From: Hypanus sabinus
Taxonomy: Eukaryota
Direction: 5' to 3'
DNA: 64,000 nucleotides
NCBI RefSeq assembly: GCF_030144855.1
Contig: NC_082712.1
Span: 121,334,001 to 121,398,000 of the forward strand
The translations under genes and the position numbers were made by a program. The notes below the pieces were generated by a model. It worked only from the letters and a program-made list of their open reading frames with translations. It did no database searches and was not told where the DNA came from. Below, piece by piece: positions 11,151 through 23,930 of the stretch. Positions within the stretch are counted from its first letter, which is position 1; the number at the start of each line of letters is the position of its first letter.

Positions 11151-13902
11151 GATCCATCTGACCCTTAACTTATTTAGCACAACTGCTCCTTTGGCAATGG
11201 CAAGAGAGGCAATGGCTTTGCTGTCCCCAAACAGGACCTACTCCCAAACCTCACAAGTGCTATCTACTGTTTGTACTATTCTACAGTAATATTTTGTGAC
11301 CAGCTCTTCAGAGAGACCTGAAATGCGAGATTACAATCTTTTGCAGAGATTCTTTCAGTCTCATTTCTTTGTCCAGCTATCACCCTATAGGAAGTGATCT
11401 TGACCTGTCTTACTTGTTCATAACTAAAGGGATTCATCAGGCTGGTTTTACACTCCCTTGGAACCTGTAATCATGTGATCCTTGGAGCAGTGAAAAATAG
11501 TGGAGACCTGGCTAGTTGAAGATATGAAAACTGGAATATTCTCTCTTATCACCCTATCCTCCATGCAACTAGTCAAGACTTCAAGAGATTGTTTTGGCCC
11601 CAGTCTAACCTACAGGATATCTACCTATTATACTAGATGATCTCCATTATAAAGACTATATTCTCAAAACTATATTGGCTATAAATGGTGTCTAAGAGCG
11701 ATACTTCTTGGGGAAGTGCAGCCTGCACTCAACTCCCCACCCTTTAAACGTAACCCACATGAACACCCTCCATTTTATATACCCTTCCTCATGAGGCATC
11801 TGGTTATTCTGTTAACAATATTATTAACACATCTCAAATACTTTTGCAAAGAAGTAATATTGAGTGTTGGGGTGGAGATGCTGTGGGGGGGGGTGCGTGA
11901 AATCTATTAGATGATCTGTATTGTATTCAGTAATTAAAAGCCTTATCTGCTCACTATGGACCAGTTAATTTTTAAAGCTCTTGAAATAATTTGTAGACAC
12001 AGTCCTTGCAATGTTGCTTTAGATTTTTTTGAAAATTTCCTGGCATGAAGCTGGCTGGTAAAATTTATATTCAACACAACTCCTGTGTGCAGCTTTTCTG
12101 GCAATTGGAACATGTTTATCAGCACAGAACACAGCACAAAAACCACAGAATTGGTCTCAGCGGAGAGGTTGCAATGCTATTTCATCTCATTTAAGTGAAT
12201 CATTTTGTAAATTTCCAATGCCTTCTTGTCTTCTTAATTAAAAGTCTTCAGTCAGAATTTTCATGCTTGACATAGAAAGGTTCAAGCTCTTTGTGAATCA
12301 GAAGGGAAAATAAAGGATATCTGACTAGTTAGTCAATAACCTCCCTTGTATCAATAACTATGTAGAACACGAAACCTATTAATGGAATTCAGAGGTTCCA
12401 TCTGTCCTTGACGCCACTATGGTTTGTATTATTCATTGTCTGAGAAATTAAGTTCTTCTTCAGCTTGCTTCCTCTCTTCATGGTTGCTCATGCTCTTTCC
12501 TCTTTCCAATTCACTCTTCTCACTTCCATTCCTTTTTCCCTCTGCCTCTGTATGTATGATGGGTACTCTGTATGTATGATGGGTACTAAACTGTTTACTT
12601 CCAATGAAATAGGATTTGTAGAATACTAAGTGTGAGAAGACAACAGAGTGAATGAGTGGGGAGTGTGACTGAAATTGATTCAGCCCAATTCTGCACATCA
12701 AATTTGAAAAGTATTAAAGTTCTGTAGATCCACTTTATAAAAATGCTGACAACACAGTAAGCGTGCTTGTATCTAGTTATATGCATACAAGAAGATTATG
12801 ACAAAATATTCCTTTTTTTTTGTAAAGATTGTGACTGGGCCTGTTTCATATCCCCCTGATACTAGCTTTTTTATATAGTCCTTAGCTACATGGAGACACT
12901 CCTGTGGGACGTTTTCAGTTTCCAGTCTTTGGCCAACCCTGACAGTTTAGCTCATGCTGGCAATAATTTTCATCGATTTCATGCTGACATTCCTCTCCTG
13001 CTTTGTGGTTACAATCTTGTAAACGTGCCAGTTCCCTGGCTCAGATTGGCATTTCTTTAAAAATTCTCCACTTTGCTTTGCATATCCTTACCCAGAGAAG
13101 GAGTCACATCAACATTATATATTCCCCGATCTCTCAGTGGGATTAATAATATTGAGCTTATCTCCAACATGAACTAGTAACCGAATTCTGTAGTGGATGC
13201 TATGAGACTTCAGCACCTTATGATTTCATCCTGCTGGATCACTCAGCTCTTGGAGAGACTGTTTGTTAGTATTGCTTATATTTTGAGCTGGCATGTAACT
13301 ATTCCATATTTTTGGGTACAGAACTTGATGTGTCATTAGTAAGCATGCCTCGTGCCAGTTGCAGCCTCACTTTCTTGACCTGTTGCCATAATTTAGATTG
13401 ATCTGGCATTTCATATAAATATTCTGAAAGCCAATCACCGTCCTATCCTCAATGTAAGACTTCATGGTTAGCCCTCATTGCAGAAGAACTAGGCACTTAT
13501 TGTCAGTCCTTTTCAAAATTCAGTCTCTACACTTGACCAGACTTCTTTAGGTGGACATACAACTGGACAAATGGTCTGGTTAATTTATTGGTTAGAGGAG
13601 TTTAGTACAATGTCAGTTATTGTAGCTAAAACTCTCAGTTCCAGTGCTCAACTGAGGACAGTACAGCACATTATTGGCCCTTCAGCTTACAATGTTTTAA
13701 CCTACTCCAAGAACAATCTAACCCTTTTCTCCCACATAGCCCCAGATTTCTTTTTCGTCCATGTGCTTATCTGTGAGTCTCTAAAATGACCCTTTTACAT
13801 TTGCCTCTATTATCAACCCAGGAGTACATTCCATGCACTTACCACTCTCTGTGTAAAATAATGTGCTCTGATAACCCCTTTACACTCTTCTCCAATCACA
13901 TT

Positions 13903-14171
13903 GGCTGGCTGATGGCCACATAGTGGCATCAGCGCTGGACTTTGGGGTGAGAGGTCCTGAGTTCGAATCCGGCTGACTCCCTTGCCTGCTCTCCATCCGT
14001 GCCTGGGTTTTTCAACTTCATAAAAAAAAAACTGGAGCGGGATGGGCTCCACCAGGTTTCAGATGGCCAAGACACACTGTACAATGAGCAATCACCAAAA
14101 AGATTGTCATGCAAAAAACTTTTCATGACGGCGCCCTGACTCCTCCGCCAGGAGTTAAGGGCAAGGGCACG

Positions 14172-14247
<76 letters not shown>
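13903..14247 (+). mobile_element. tRNA-headed SINE, tail type 1 ending in (AC)n
   Basis: A-box-like tggc..tagtgg, B box gagttcgaatcc, core ccatccgtgcctgggtt, long (AC)n tail; TSD caatcacatt/cagtcacatt. Confidence 0.85.
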
Positions 14248-14251
<4 letters not shown>

Positions 14252-14747
14252 CACATTAAAAGTTTGTCATTTTTATTAGCCATTGCTGCCCTGGGAAAAT
14301 ACTCTGGCCGTCCACTCTATCTATGCCTCTTATCATCTTATACATCTCTGTCAAGTTGCCTCACATCCTCCTTTGCTTCATAGAGAAAAGCCCTAGTTCA
14401 CTCAAACTTTATTCATAAGACATGTTCTCTAATACAGGCAGCATCCTAGTAAATCTCCAATGCACCCTTTACAAAGCCTCCACACCCTTTATACAATGAA
14501 GCAACCAGAAGTAAACACAATACTTCAAGTGTGTTCTAACTAAGGTTTTATAGGGCTGCAATATTACCACACATCTCTTAATCACAATCCCTTGACTAAC
14601 CATATGCCTTCTTAACCATCTTATCAGCTTGCATAGCAACTATGGGGGACTTGGACCCCAAGATCCCTGTCTTCATACACATTGCTTAGAAGACATTAGC
14701 TTTGTATTCTGCCATCAAGTTTGACCTTCTGAAGTGATACTATTCTC

Positions 14748-15138
14748 TTTCTTTCTTTTTCAATCTTTTTATTGAATTTCATATATATAAAAAAAACATA
14801 ACATAATAATGAATAGGTTATAAGTGCACTAGACGAAGTTGAATTAATAATAAGATAACAATATCCTATTAAAATATCGACAAAAAAAGTACATTAATCA
14901 ATCAAACCTATAATAATTATACATGAAAGAGTAAGAATAATCATCAAAAGAAAAAAAATTTTTAAAAATACAAAAAAAAATATATATTGGAAAAAAAAAT
15001 AAAAACTAAACTAAACTAACATGGGCAATAATAACAGTTTATATGTATATGATAGTGTCAAAAACTCCGGAACTCCATACCAGAACAAGAATAAACAGAG
15101 AGAAGGTCTGGAAGAGGCCAAATTAATTCATATGAAAA
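14748..15138 (-). mobile_element. 5'-truncated L1-type LINE 3' end
   Basis: Exact 17-bp TSD gaagtgatactattctc (14731-14747, 15139-15155); the minus strand ends AATAAAAAGATTG plus an A-rich tail, after a T-rich 3'UTR that follows FHMN*. Confidence 0.75.
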
Positions 15139-17351
15139 GAAGTGATACTATTCTCGTGGCCAATGAGGAGGCAAAGGTTATCACAAATTGTTCAATGATC
15201 TCTTCCCTTGCTTTCCATAATAACATGGCAAATATCCCATCTAGCCAGAGGAACTTATTTATCCTAATAGATAGGAGAAGGGTTGATGTGCCAGATAGCT
15301 TAATTCCACTTCTGTGTCTTTTGGCCTAATGATTTTCAAAAATTCCAACACATTCTCTTTCTTAATTTCGATGTGTTCCAGCACATTAGTCTGTTCTACA
15401 CTGACCTCAAATTCATCCAGATCTCTTTCAATGGTAAATACTGAAACAAAGCATTCAATAAGTACCTCCCCTACCTCATCCAACTGCAGGTATATGTTTC
15501 CTCTTCTATCCCTGATTGGCCGTACCCTTTCTCCAGTCATCCTCTGGTTCTTCACTTATGTATAGAACACCTTGGGGTTTTCCTTAATCCTACTTGCCAA
15601 TGGTTTCTCATGTCCTCTTCTAGCTCCTCTAATTCCCTTTTTATGCTCCATCCTGGTTACATTATAAATCTTGTGCACTGTTGAATATTTGCTTCTTAAA
15701 CCTTGAGTATGTTTCCTTCTTCCTCCTAACTAAATGCTCCAGCTCTCTTGTCAACCGTGGTTACTGCACCATATCACCCTTTCCCTGCCTCAGTGGGTCA
15801 AAGCCCAGTGCCCAAATTTGCTGTGTGGTTCAAAGCAGCTGGCACAGTAGATACTACAAAATGACACCATCGTAACTGCTCCAGGAAAGATGGTTCAGAT
15901 CTGCATGTTATGCTGCTGCCTCATAAGTCAACTGTAACTTTAGAGTGAAATCTGGATTCCATGCAAGTTTACAAAAGGATTTTGACTGGGTTTGGGATGC
16001 TGAATGCCAAAGTAGCATTGCTGATGTTGACTTGCAGTAAACTGCTTATTTTGTGTCAGTCCAATGACCTGTGCCCTCATTAATATGCACCCAACTTATT
16101 TTTGTGCACAAATGAATGGGTGCCTGAGATCTATAACCTGGAGCTCCTTCTCCCTTAGAAATTCCAATATTTTTCCCTGCTATGTTTTGTACATATGGAG
16201 TCATTCAGTTAAGGGTGCAATGAAAATGATTTGTGATGAGCATTATTAGAATGTTGTTCTTGTGTGGTAACTTGCACTGAGGCTGAGAGCAACTGGTTAC
16301 CAGAGTTTAAGGATTAGATACAGTTCATTACAAAACAAAATGAAGGTTGGCAAGGATTTTTTTTTGTGCACGTCCAAGCTCCTTAAATAATCTCTCAGAT
16401 GAACTTTCCTGCCTCTGCAAGGACTTGAAATCTCTAAAGGAGAGTGATTCTTAACTGAATGACACAGGTTAACCTGGAGCCAGCTCCTGTCAGTTTGGCA
16501 AAAGAAACATTCTCATCTTGCAGGACTTAGACTCTGTAGTATGCAATTATTTCTTTGTAATTTTCCAAAAAGTTCCCAGCAAGATCTGCGAGAACGGATA
16601 GTTTATGGTACAAAAGCAATGAAGTTTATTTTAAATATGAAACGAAACTAATCACTTGTCAAAAGCAGCCAATTGGCAAATACCCATGACCAATGTCTTT
16701 AATTTCCCAGAATATCTGATTCATTCTAGTCAAGGAGCAATAACTATCTCCTGGCAGTGAAGCTCTTTTTTTAATTCAGATAGTGCCGGCTTTAATGCAC
16801 TCATTCAGTCCAAAGTAAGATGCAGTAGCAATGAACAGGTGTTTTACTAAAATTAGCTAAATCTTGAGATGGGATTTTTATCTTAACTTATTGACAGTTA
16901 TCTCTTGTTAGTCCACTTTTTGCCCACATTTGCTCCTATTGTCCAGTACCAATCAGGTAAGACAGTGCCTGATTTGTATGAGAATTTAGTAACAAACACT
17001 CTTGCAAAAAAATCTAATACATTTTTTAATATCTGTTATTCATATTTGTTACATTTAATGATTCTGAAAACATGTATTTGATTTTTTGGAAATCAATGAG
17101 GAGAATCACAGGGCACTATACACTTGGCCTTTCTAAATATAGTCTGACTATCATTTAGTTATATGCTTCTTATAAATTCTGATAAATTTTAGTTGTATGC
17201 ATCTGATACGCTACTGATAAATAAATAGGATGCTTGCTGTATCCTGGACAATATAAATCTCCAGCCAATGTAATGAAAAGAGATACAGGAAACTCTGGTG
17301 GTGCTGATTTGGCAAATTTTCCATTCTTTTGGATACTATTCCTATTGTGGA

Positions 17352-17535
17352 TGTGAAACCGGGCCCTGATGAGTTTAAAGAGAATGTGTGAAATGGGTCT
17401 TGGTGAGTTTAAAGGAAGTGAAAAAGATCTCAGTGAGTTTAAAAGGAGTGTGTGAAATAAACACTGGGTAACTTTAAAGGGAGTGTATAAAACAGATCCC
17501 GCTGAACTGAAAGGAAGCTTGTGAAATTGGCACAA
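17352..17535. repeat. Degenerate ~30-35-bp minisatellite, ~5 units
   Basis: Recurring tgagtttaaaggaagtgtgtgaaa-like unit. Confidence 0.7.
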
Positions 17536-18072
17536 CTAAGTCTAAACAGGGCACTGATGTGTTTCAACGGAGCACCAGTTAGTCAAATTTGGAACCATCA
17601 GAACCTCAGAACAATGGATATCAGATTATTAGAGTTCTGAAATCGTCCTTACCTGTTACAAGAATCTAGAAAATGTTGGAAATACTTAGCAAGCTAGGCG
17701 ACAACTGTCACGAGAGAAGAAGTGTGTTTTGGCTGAAACATTAACTCTGTGTATCTCTCCACAGAAGCTTACTGAAATGCAATTTCTACACTTCACTTCT
17801 TACTTCCAGTTTCCACTACCTGCAGTTTTAGTTCTTTATTTGATTTTTCAAATTGGAATTGGGATAGGCAACGATTCGCACATTTTAAGATGTAGAGAAA
17901 GGCAATGTTGGGAAGTGGTTGTACCTTTTGCAGGGAAGAAAGGCAAAATACGTGGAAGACAAAAATTCAGTGGCAATTGTGTAAAGTAACATAAGCTTAG
18001 TGGAGATGAATATCTGAAACCATGAAAGGGATTTGGAAGAAATGCTAAAAATATGGATTAAGATGGTGAACT

Positions 18073-18273
18073 CACAAACAAGAAAAAATCCGCAGATGCT
18101 GGAAATTCGAACAACATACACAAAATGCTGATGGAACTCAGCAAGCCAGGCAGCATCAATGGAAAAGAGTAGACAGTTGATGTTTCAGGCCGAAACCTGT
18201 CAACTGTTTACTTTTTTCCATAGATGTTGCCTGGCCTGCTGAGTTCCTCCAGCATTTTGTGTGTGTTGGTTGG
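18073..18273. mobile_element. Palindromic Penelope-derived non-autonomous element
   Basis: Long inverted arms around gttgatgtttcaggccgaaacctgtcaac; TSD ttaagatggtgaact/ttaaaatggtgaact. Confidence 0.85.
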
Positions 18274-18289
18274 TTAAAATGGTGAACTG

Positions 18290-20700
18290 CTGAATAACTG
18301 AAGTTGAATTTGAGCTCTAAGGGCTGTAATGTACCTTGTCTGAAGGTTACGTGCCGTTTTGCAAGCTCATTATGAGCCTAGTTGGAACTATGCAGGAGGC
18401 TAGGAGGGACAGGGATGGAGGAATTAGTGTGGAGCAAGTTAGAACATTGAAATAAAGCTGAATATCAGCTCTGGGCGAAACTTGTGGAAATGAGTACCTT
18501 GCAAAGCAGTCTCCCAATCCAAGGGGTTTTCCAAGATGAATGGTGGGCCAGACTTGATAGGCCAAATATAAATGGGCTAATTTATCGGCAGCATGGAGTA
18601 AATGAGGTACTCGAGGAATATAAAGAATGTAAAAAGACTCATAAGAAAGAGATTAGAAAAGCTAAAAGAAGATACGAGGTTGCTTTGGCAAGTAAGGTAA
18701 AGTAAATCCAAAGGGTTTCTACAGCTATATTAATAGCAAAATGATAGTGAGGGATAAAATTGGTCCCTTAGAGGATCAGAGTGGACAGCTATGTGTGGAG
18801 CCAAAAGAGATTGGGGGGGGGGTGGATTTTGAACAATTTCTTTTCTTTCAGTATTCACTAAGGAGAAGGATATTGAATTGTGTAAGGTAAGGGAAACAAG
18901 TAGGAAAGTTATGAAAACTATGACGATTAAAGAAGAGGAAGTGCTGGCGCTTTTAAGAAATATAAAAGTGGATAAATCTCTGGGTCCTGACAGGATTTTC
19001 CCTAGGACCTTGAGGGAAGTTAGTGTAGAAATAGCAGGGGCTCTGACAGAAATATTTCAAATGTCATTAGAGACGGGGATGGTGCCAGAGGGTTGGCATA
19101 TTGCTCATGTTGTTCCATTGTTTAAAAAGGGTTCTAAGAGTAAACTTAGCAGTTATCAGCCTGTAAGTTTGACATCAGTGGTGGATAAATTAATGGAAAG
19201 TATTCTTAGAGATAGTATATATAATTATCTGGATAGACAGGATCTGATTAGGAACAGTCAACATGGAGTTGTGTGTGGAAGGTCATGTTTGACAAATTTT
19301 ATTGAACTTTTCTGAAGAGGTTACAAGGAAAGTTGACGAGGGTAAAGCAGTGGATGTTGTCTATATGGACCAATAAGGCCTTTGACAAGGTTCCACATGG
19401 AAGGTTAGTTAGGAAGGTTCAATCTTTAGGTGTTAATATTGAAGTAGCAAAATGGATTCAACTGTGGCTGGATGGGAGATGCCAGAGTGTTGTGGTGGAT
19501 AACTATCTGTAGGTTGGAGACCGGTGACTAGTGGTGTGCCTCAGGGTCTGTATTGGGTCCAATGTTGTTTGTCATATACATTAATGATCTGGATGATGGG
19601 GTGGTAAATTGGATTAGTAAATATGCAGATGATACTAAGATTGGTCACGTTGTGGATAATGAAGTAGATTTTCAAAGCTTGCAGAAAGATTTAGGTCAGT
19701 TAGAAAGATGGCAGATGGAATTTAATGCTGATAAGTGTGAGGTACTACATTTTGGTAGGAATAATCCAAATAGGACATACATGGTAAATTCATTGAAGAA
19801 TGCAGTAGAACAGAGTGATTTAGGAATAATTGTGCATAGTTCCCTGAAGTTGGAATCTCATATGGATAGGGTGGTGAAGAAAGCTTTTGGTATGCTGGCC
19901 TTTATAATTTAGAGCATTGAGTATAGGAGTTGGGATGTAATGTTAAAATTGTACAAGGCATTGGTAAGGCCAGATTTGGAGTATTGTATACAGTTCTGGT
20001 CACCGAATTATAGGAAAGATGTCAACAAAATAGAGAGGGTACAGAGGAGATTTACTAGAATGTTACCTGGGTTTCAGCACCTAAGTTACAGAGAAAGGTT
20101 GAACAAGTGAAGTCTTTATTCTTTGAAGCATAGAAGGTTGAGGTATTTAAAATTATGAGGGGGATAGATGGAGTTGACATTGATAGGATTTTTCCATTGA
20201 GAGTAGGGGAGATTCAGACAAGAGGACATGAGTTGAGAGTTAGGGGGCAAAAGTTTAGGGGTAACACGAGGGGGAAGTTCTTTACTCAGAGAATGGTAGC
20301 TGTGTGGAACGAGCTTCCAGTAGAAGTAGTAGAGGCAGGTTCGATATTCCCATTTGAAGTAAAATTGGATAGGTATATGGACAGGAAAGGAATGGAGGGT
20401 TATGAGCTGAGTGCAGGTCGGTGGGACTAGGTGAGAGTAAGTGTTTGGCACGGACTAGAAGGGCCAAGATGGCCTGTTTCCGTGCTGTAATTGTTATATG
20501 GTTATAATCCTACTCCTATGTCTTATGATCTTATGGTCTTCCCCAATGTAAAGGAGCCCCACATCGTGAGATGCAAATGAAAGATACTAAATTTATAAAG
20601 GTGCTAGTAAATCTCTGCTTCATGTGTAAATAATTGCTGGTATGACGGTAGGAGGTAAAAAGCACAGGTGTTGCATCTGTCATGTTTGTTCAGAAAAATG
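18290..20700 (-). mobile_element. Old Penelope-like GIY-YIG remnant split by a CR1 insertion (pieces ~18290-18560 and ~20540-20700)
   Basis: Weak colinear similarity to 48520-48900 (gcaaagcagtctcccaatc; ccccaatgtaaaggagccccacatcg). Confidence 0.45.
18577..20505 (+). mobile_element. CR1 LINE ORF2 reverse transcriptase (3' ~1.9 kb; stops and frameshifts)
   Basis: DKSLGPDRIFPRTLRE, YQPVSLTSVV, GRSCLTN, LFVIYINDL, KYADDTK, FNADKCEVLHFG, RTRGH-like and FFTQR...WNELP motifs; CR1 3'UTR. Confidence 0.95.
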
Positions 20701-22229
20701 CTGTAAACAATTTTGTAAGAAAATGATTGTATTTTAAATTGGGAAGATTATTGATATTGAGCCATTTCGCCAGAATCTACATCTTATTGGTGATGATTGA
20801 TTACATGCTGTGGTTCACTTTTGGTTGTTTCTAAATGTGTACCTTGTTGTTGATTAGTTCTGAGAATGAGCTGCTTTATGCTTTCATGTTGAAGAGGACA
20901 AGGAACATAACAATGTGGTATGTACCCTGTTGTTGAAAGAAAGGATTGTCAGAAAGGATATGAGAGAAGTACTGGATAGATGTGTGGTTTGTCTACTGTT
21001 GAATGATAGATTGGCGACAGTAGCGTTAGTCTACAAAAGTGTTTGTGTGTCCTCCTATTTATTATTTGCCATACAGTAATAGAAAAGTATAAGAGGTGAT
21101 GAGAAAAATGTTGAGCTTTCTTCACACTTAAACTATTCCAGGAAATATGTCAGATTTACTAAAATTTTGTAGGTGATCAAGTACCTTGAGCCTGTCAGAA
21201 TTGTGTGCCGTGTCTGAAGAGCATGCCTCAACTGACATTGGACACCTTTTAATTTAAGCTGAGTGACAGCTTGTTTGAAGTACCAGCTTGGCTGAGGAAT
21301 TTCCATTGCAAGAAAAAGATGGTGAGAGTGACTGCTGCACTGTATAACAGTATTTATAATATTGGATAGTGGTGTCCAAGGAGGATATTTGAAAAACAAT
21401 GTGTTTATTGTGAAAATATCAAATTCAGTGCATCTCAAACAATTCTAAGCCTGGGAGTGTGATTTTTTTCAATAGGAAAGATCTCCTGATTGAAGTGAAA
21501 GCTTCAATCGTAAGTTGATTTGTTTCTAACTTCTGTAGCAAGCTACAGACAGGTCCTTGAAGCACTTCATCAATATCTGTCTCTTGTGTGTTAAACGCAT
21601 TAAAATGTCCAGAAATTGGAAGTGTGCAGTAAAGAGTACTATGCACTTATCAGGACAAAGCCAGCTTGCTCTAGCATTCCTTATAGCATTGTTGGTTAGA
21701 AAGTTTGGAGCAAATATTTGACGTGAACTCTTCATACAGTTGAAACAATAAATAATGGAGAGGATTCACTTTGCATGAGATCATTAGAGTTCGAACTGTT
21801 TTTAAGACATGCCAACAAATGCTATAAAATATTAGCTTCCAAATTGCCTCTGACCACCAATTCTAAATTCCAAAGGGTTAGCATAGTTGAATTTCATTTG
21901 GTTGTCTTTGTGTAGCTAAATAGAGTATATATACAGAAGAATATCATTCAGCGTCATTGCCTTTGGTCCATAACCAAATGCTAGTATGTTATATCCTATG
22001 ATAATTTTTGCCAAAGAAAATCGTCCATTCAGCAAACACTGAAACTAGTGCCATAAGCATTTTTCGGGCTAGAGGAAGGTTGGGGAGGGGGGATAATAAA
22101 ATCTTAATTTGTTTATTAACAACATTGTGGGAGGAGCTTTAACATTCATCCCCCTCCAAGTCTACAGAAATCCAATGATGTAGCTCACCAACGGCCAGTC
22201 AAGGGAAATTATGGATGGATGATTCATCA

Positions 22230-22510
22230 TCAAAGTCCAGTTTATTATCATATGCACAGGTGCAATGAAAAATTGTAACAATATCACAGACACTTAATAT
22301 CAGATAAGCAGAATTCACAAGAAGACATACATTCTACACAATACTTACAAGAAAATATAATTTGAACAAAAAGAAGTCCATTTTAGTGCCAACTGGTTGA
22401 CGCGGTCGTAGTGTTTGTTAGTGTACTTGATGACAAGCTGTACTTCCTTAACCTCTTAAGAAAGTAAAGCTGCTGGTAAGCTTTCCTTATGACTGAATCT
22501 ATGTGCTGGG
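22230..22510 (-). mobile_element. Rex1/Babar-type 3' tail, decayed
   Basis: caaagtccagtttattatcatatgcacagg...aagctgtacttc pattern. Confidence 0.5.
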
Positions 22511-22734
22511 CCAATTTCTTCATAGTTTAAACCTTGCCATTCTGGTAAATCTGTGTAGGCTTACCTCCAGATCATTGTTTTTTCTTTAAGTGTTCATTAC
22601 TGCTTAAGGTTCTTAATAAAGCTGTTAAATAAGTTCTGCCTTCTTGCATTCTAATCCTCCTGATAACAAGACCGAGATTTTAACATACTATTTGAGTATA
22701 CAGTATATCAGTCCATGACATTTTCCTGGCATTA

Positions 22735-22960
22735 CGTTATTACAGTGCCAATGACTCAGGTTCAATTCTGCCACTGCCTGTAAGGAGTTTGTACATTCTC
22801 CCCATGACTACACGGATTTCCTTTGGGTGCTCCGGTTTCCTCCCACATTCCACAGACAAATGGTTAGCAGGTTAATTGGTCACATGAGCACAACTGGGTT
22901 ATACAGCTTGTTGTGCTAGAAGGGCCTGTTACCATGCTGATTCTTGATAAAAATAAAATA
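22735..22960 (+). mobile_element. V-SINE (HE1-like)
   Basis: B box ggttcaattc, V domain ggagtttgtacattctcccc...gggtgctccggtttcctcccaca, CR1-like tail gaagggcctgtt and an A-rich end. Confidence 0.85.
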
Positions 22961-23199
22961 ATTTAATTTCAGCTTCCACCATTTGGAAAGTGTCCTGTTT
23001 AGCCCTTGGAAATTCATTTGCTAGAGTCTTGCTCATCCACTTAATCTATTGAAAGCTCTTTTTAAATTGATAGCCCTGGTCATGTTGGTTGGACTCATTT
23101 AGGTGCCTCTTTTTCTTGCGATCTGGATTATTTATAAATAGTGGCCCTGACATAGGGGCACTTCTAGTAACATCTCACTAGTTTGTGTCTGCTATTGTC

Positions 23200-23930
23200 C
23201 TTTTTCTTGATATCCTTGACTTTGGTGAAGCTGGATGCAAATTGGAGGACTACTTTGCTGAGCACATCACTCTGTCCACCGTGCCAGCCAGGATAGCCTG
23301 GTAGCCAGAATTTTCAATTCCATTTCACATTCCCACACTGACATGGCTGCCTCCACTCCCAGATCAAGACCAAATGAAAATGAGAGGAGCAGTACCTCAT
23401 GTTCTCCCTGGGCAGTCTCCAACCTGGTGCTATAAACATTGGATTCTCAAACTTCTAGCAACTACTCCGCCTGTACCTTTTCCCCTATTCTTCCTTTTTT
23501 TCTTCCTTTTTTACTCTCCTGCTGATCAACTGGCCTCCATCACCCTGTGTCTTTCCTCCCTCTCCCCAAACTCTCCTTCTTCATCTGTCCATCACCTAGA
23601 TACTCTTCGCATTGCTCCCTCTCCCCCTACCTCCTCTGCATTCTATGTTTCATCTTCCTCTCCGACCAGCTGCAGCTTTTTATTACTTCCATCTCTCACT
23701 TCCCAGCTTCTGATATCATTCCCACCCACATCCGCCTATCAACACCCCACCCTACCCAGCTGGGTCCACCTAACTCCTGTCAACTCTTGCTCCACTCCTT
23801 TTCCCATCTTTTCATACTGACTATCTCTCCCACCTCCTTCCAGTTCAAGCGAATGGTCCAGACCTCAGTTGTCCATAGATGCCTGGCTCGCTGAGTTCCT
23901 CCAGCACCTTGTGTTTTGCTCTTGATTTCC
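23200..23930 (+). mobile_element. Penelope-like element 3' part, decayed
   Basis: GIY-YIG C-terminal remnant (ctgggcagtctccaacct), pyrimidine-rich UTR and the ctgagttcctccagca arm. Confidence 0.75.

Larger units (their letters stand above)
13640..15800 (-). mobile_element. CR1 LINE (minus strand), internally deleted, with nested SINE and L1 insertions
   Basis: ORF pieces FTQRVVSAWN and ERVRPIRDRRGN...EVGEVLIECFVSVFTIE; CR1 tail near 13650. Confidence 0.8.

Noticed and set aside
12546-12587. 20-bp exact tandem duplication
   Set aside because: Ordinary slippage-type duplication with no further structure.
13929-14246. ORF with (CV)n repeat
   Set aside because: Translation of the (AC)n SINE tail on the opposite strand.
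17352-17535. Repeat-spacer-like periodicity suggesting CRISPR
   Set aside because: Units are degenerate and near-contiguous, without unique ~30-nt spacers; there are no cas genes and the context is vertebrate.
21133-21735. Three overlapping minus-strand ORFs in unique sequence
   Set aside because: No recognisable domain, no consistent splice signals and no coding-like composition; consistent with chance ORFs.
23374-23894. Long Ser/Pro/Leu-rich ORFs
   Set aside because: Translation of the pyrimidine-rich Penelope 3'UTR.
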